DNA of 63,984 nucleotides, counting the filler, from Choristocarpus tenellus KU-1152 (Eukaryota; Protista; Phaeophyceae), in the NCBI GenBank assembly GCA_964200185.2. It is 12 parts of 12 records of this genome, joined end to end, with 100 filler letters (N's around TTAATTAATTAA, not from the genome) between each part and the next. Parts side by side here need not be neighbours in the genome. Positions count along the whole stretch, not along the records: positions 61,450 to 63,984 come from CAXNAD020026976.1; 11 more parts are not named here. One strand, 5' to 3'. The translations under genes were made by a program, and so were the position numbers. The notes under the pieces were generated by a model that saw only the letters and a program-made list of their open reading frames with translations, was not told the origin of the DNA and searched no databases. Shown in pieces: positions 62,300-63,984 of the stretch; position 1 is the stretch's first letter, and each line of letters begins with the position of its first letter.

Positions 62300-62979
62300 T
62301 CGAGGACTCCTCTCTTAGTCGTACCAGACGATTTCTGACTGTCCCTAGACTCAGAATACCTTGTGGCAAATGAGCTCTCTTTCTCCCGACTCATATCCGG
62401 ATCTCTCCTTCTTGGAGCTTTTTCACTCTTTCCCTTCCTAGCACTACAAACACAGACATACTAAACAATTCCACTTCATTCATTATGGTGTGACTGTGCA
62501 ACAAATTTCCAAGCACTATTACAGTGAAATAGTAGCTACTATTACGTAGCATTGTTGGGCATGATGTCATGAACAGTTTGATATCATAGTGATGTGAAGT
62601 TTGTGAGAGGAATAATAAATATGCAAACATCAACAATATGGTGATAATATGGCATTGAAACTGTAGGACGTTAAAATGATTGCGATGTTGTCTTAGAAAG
62701 GGTGGTTCAGGGCAGCAATGCCGTATTGATATCATGAAGTGATGATAAATAAAAGAGGAAAGACTTTTCATACATGCGTACTGTATTGTATGTTTTGTCA
62801 GAAATCAAGGTGCAAGAGGTCAAGAAAGTTCGTCAAGAAGATTCAGAACATATGGCGAAGACGGAGAAGCCACGGAGCTAGTTATATGGCATAATAGTAT
62901 CTATTAGAGCAAATCACGATATTTTGTAGGGTTAGGGTTAGTCAGTCAGTTGCCTTATGTAAAGAATATGACAAATTTA

Positions 62980-63984
62980 TATCATGTACAATGCAGTATA
63001 ACATTTCGGTTTTCTATTACTGTTTGACTTGAAGGATATCCTACCAATATCTGTGATGACACTGGCGTTGTCATGAAGTGGATTCCTTGGTTGAACGTGT
63101 GTTGGTAATGTTGGGTATTACCAAAAACCTCTTGTAACTTGGAGTTTACTTCTTTCCCTTTCAACAATCTTCTCCTGAGGACTACTCTTGTAGCACATTG
63201 TATCTCGTGCGCAGATAAGAGGACTACACAGAGAGTGAAGATGATCGAGACACCTGACCACACCAATCATCATCTCTGATCTCCTCGTCGGGATTGTCCT
63301 GACCTAGGAGTCCGGCTTACTGATATGATAACATATTTTATGATGATCACCAGTCGAACAAATGTTCAACCCCAGAATAATGACAGTGTGTTATCTGTGT
63401 GCACTACGATTTTGCCACAGTGAGTGGTTATTACTTCGTTGACATTGACACGTATATTAAGTCGTTCTTGCAGAGAAGGGTGGAGGAACTTGTCTGGAGC
63501 AGCCGTAGTGGTCCGTAGTCTCGTGTGCAACTGAATAATATGTATCAACAAGTGATGATGAACATGAAGCGTAAGAAAGAAGGAATTATTTTTCGTAAGG
63601 ATGAAAAATATTCTAACCCAAAATTACTCGCTGTATAAGTTCTAGTTACAATACATTGTCACCTTGAAGGAGTATTGTCCTCAGCGGTGGGTAAGTTGTG
63701 GTGTAACCCAGCCTGACCTTCCTGCGGAGACTCTCCTCCACCGCCTTGAGTGTATATGCAGGAATATCCTGTACTTGAGGTCTTCCCAATGGAAACGTTT
63801 GATGGCCTGCTCGATGAACAGTCACCCTTCCACCGTGTACAAATCCCAACAACTTCTTATCGTGCATAGTCCACTTCGTCATCACTTTGACAATACTGTG
63901 ATCGCGCTCGAGTTTGAAAGCCCACCATGTAATTACCTCTAGCAGCTCGTGGATCAACTGTTACAGGCGCCCCTCAATGCTCAC
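62980..63984 (-). pseudogene. Possible Plavaka/CACTA-like DDE transposase relic
   Basis: Ordered weak motifs KKLLGFV.., YPPLRTILLQGD, MIGVVRCLDHL, EVNSKLQEVFG..HTFNQGI recall Plavaka blocks (LIGYIP, P..A.Y.AD, LHQ..KGVFKDHL, RHF..GIS). Heavily degenerate. Confidence 0.3.

Noticed and set aside
1-63984. tRNA, rRNA or prokaryotic operon/defence systems
   Set aside because: No such signatures seen by eye and the sequence is eukaryotic; a tRNAscan/Infernal run would be needed to exclude small RNAs.

Overview
Eukaryotic nuclear DNA from a photosynthetic stramenopile, most likely a brown alga or close relative. Support: GT-AG introns, signal-peptide + Phe bipartite plastid presequences, TTAGGG repeats and an Ectocarpus-type RTE LINE relic. 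The window is not one locus. It is 12 contigs joined by 11 artificial 100-bp linkers (44 N + TTAATTAATTAA + 44 N), so adjacency across linkers means nothing. Genes reconstructed by hand: a giant HECT E3 ligase (LamG tail, C2H2 Zn finger, UBA, FN3, SPRY, HECT; 5'-truncated); an intronless plastid-targeted RbfA; the start of a secreted parallel beta-helix protein; a 6-exon partial ribonucleotide reductase small subunit with an unusual long N-terminal extension, head-to-head with a plastid-targeted DUF179/YqgE gene; a complete 6-exon hot-dog-fold thioesterase; and a partial gene in which the last TM helix of an anoctamin/TMEM16 sits directly upstream of an extended-synaptotagmin hairpin + SMP domain. 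That possible scramblase-lipid-shuttle fusion is the most interesting item. Much of the rest is repeat-derived: three MITE families sharing one terminal motif, a Stowaway-type mariner, a Tc1-type MITE, a LINE relic, possible Plavaka/CACTA relics, and two diverged copies of an unrecognised large ORF family. All calls come from reading the sequence; no database searches were run.
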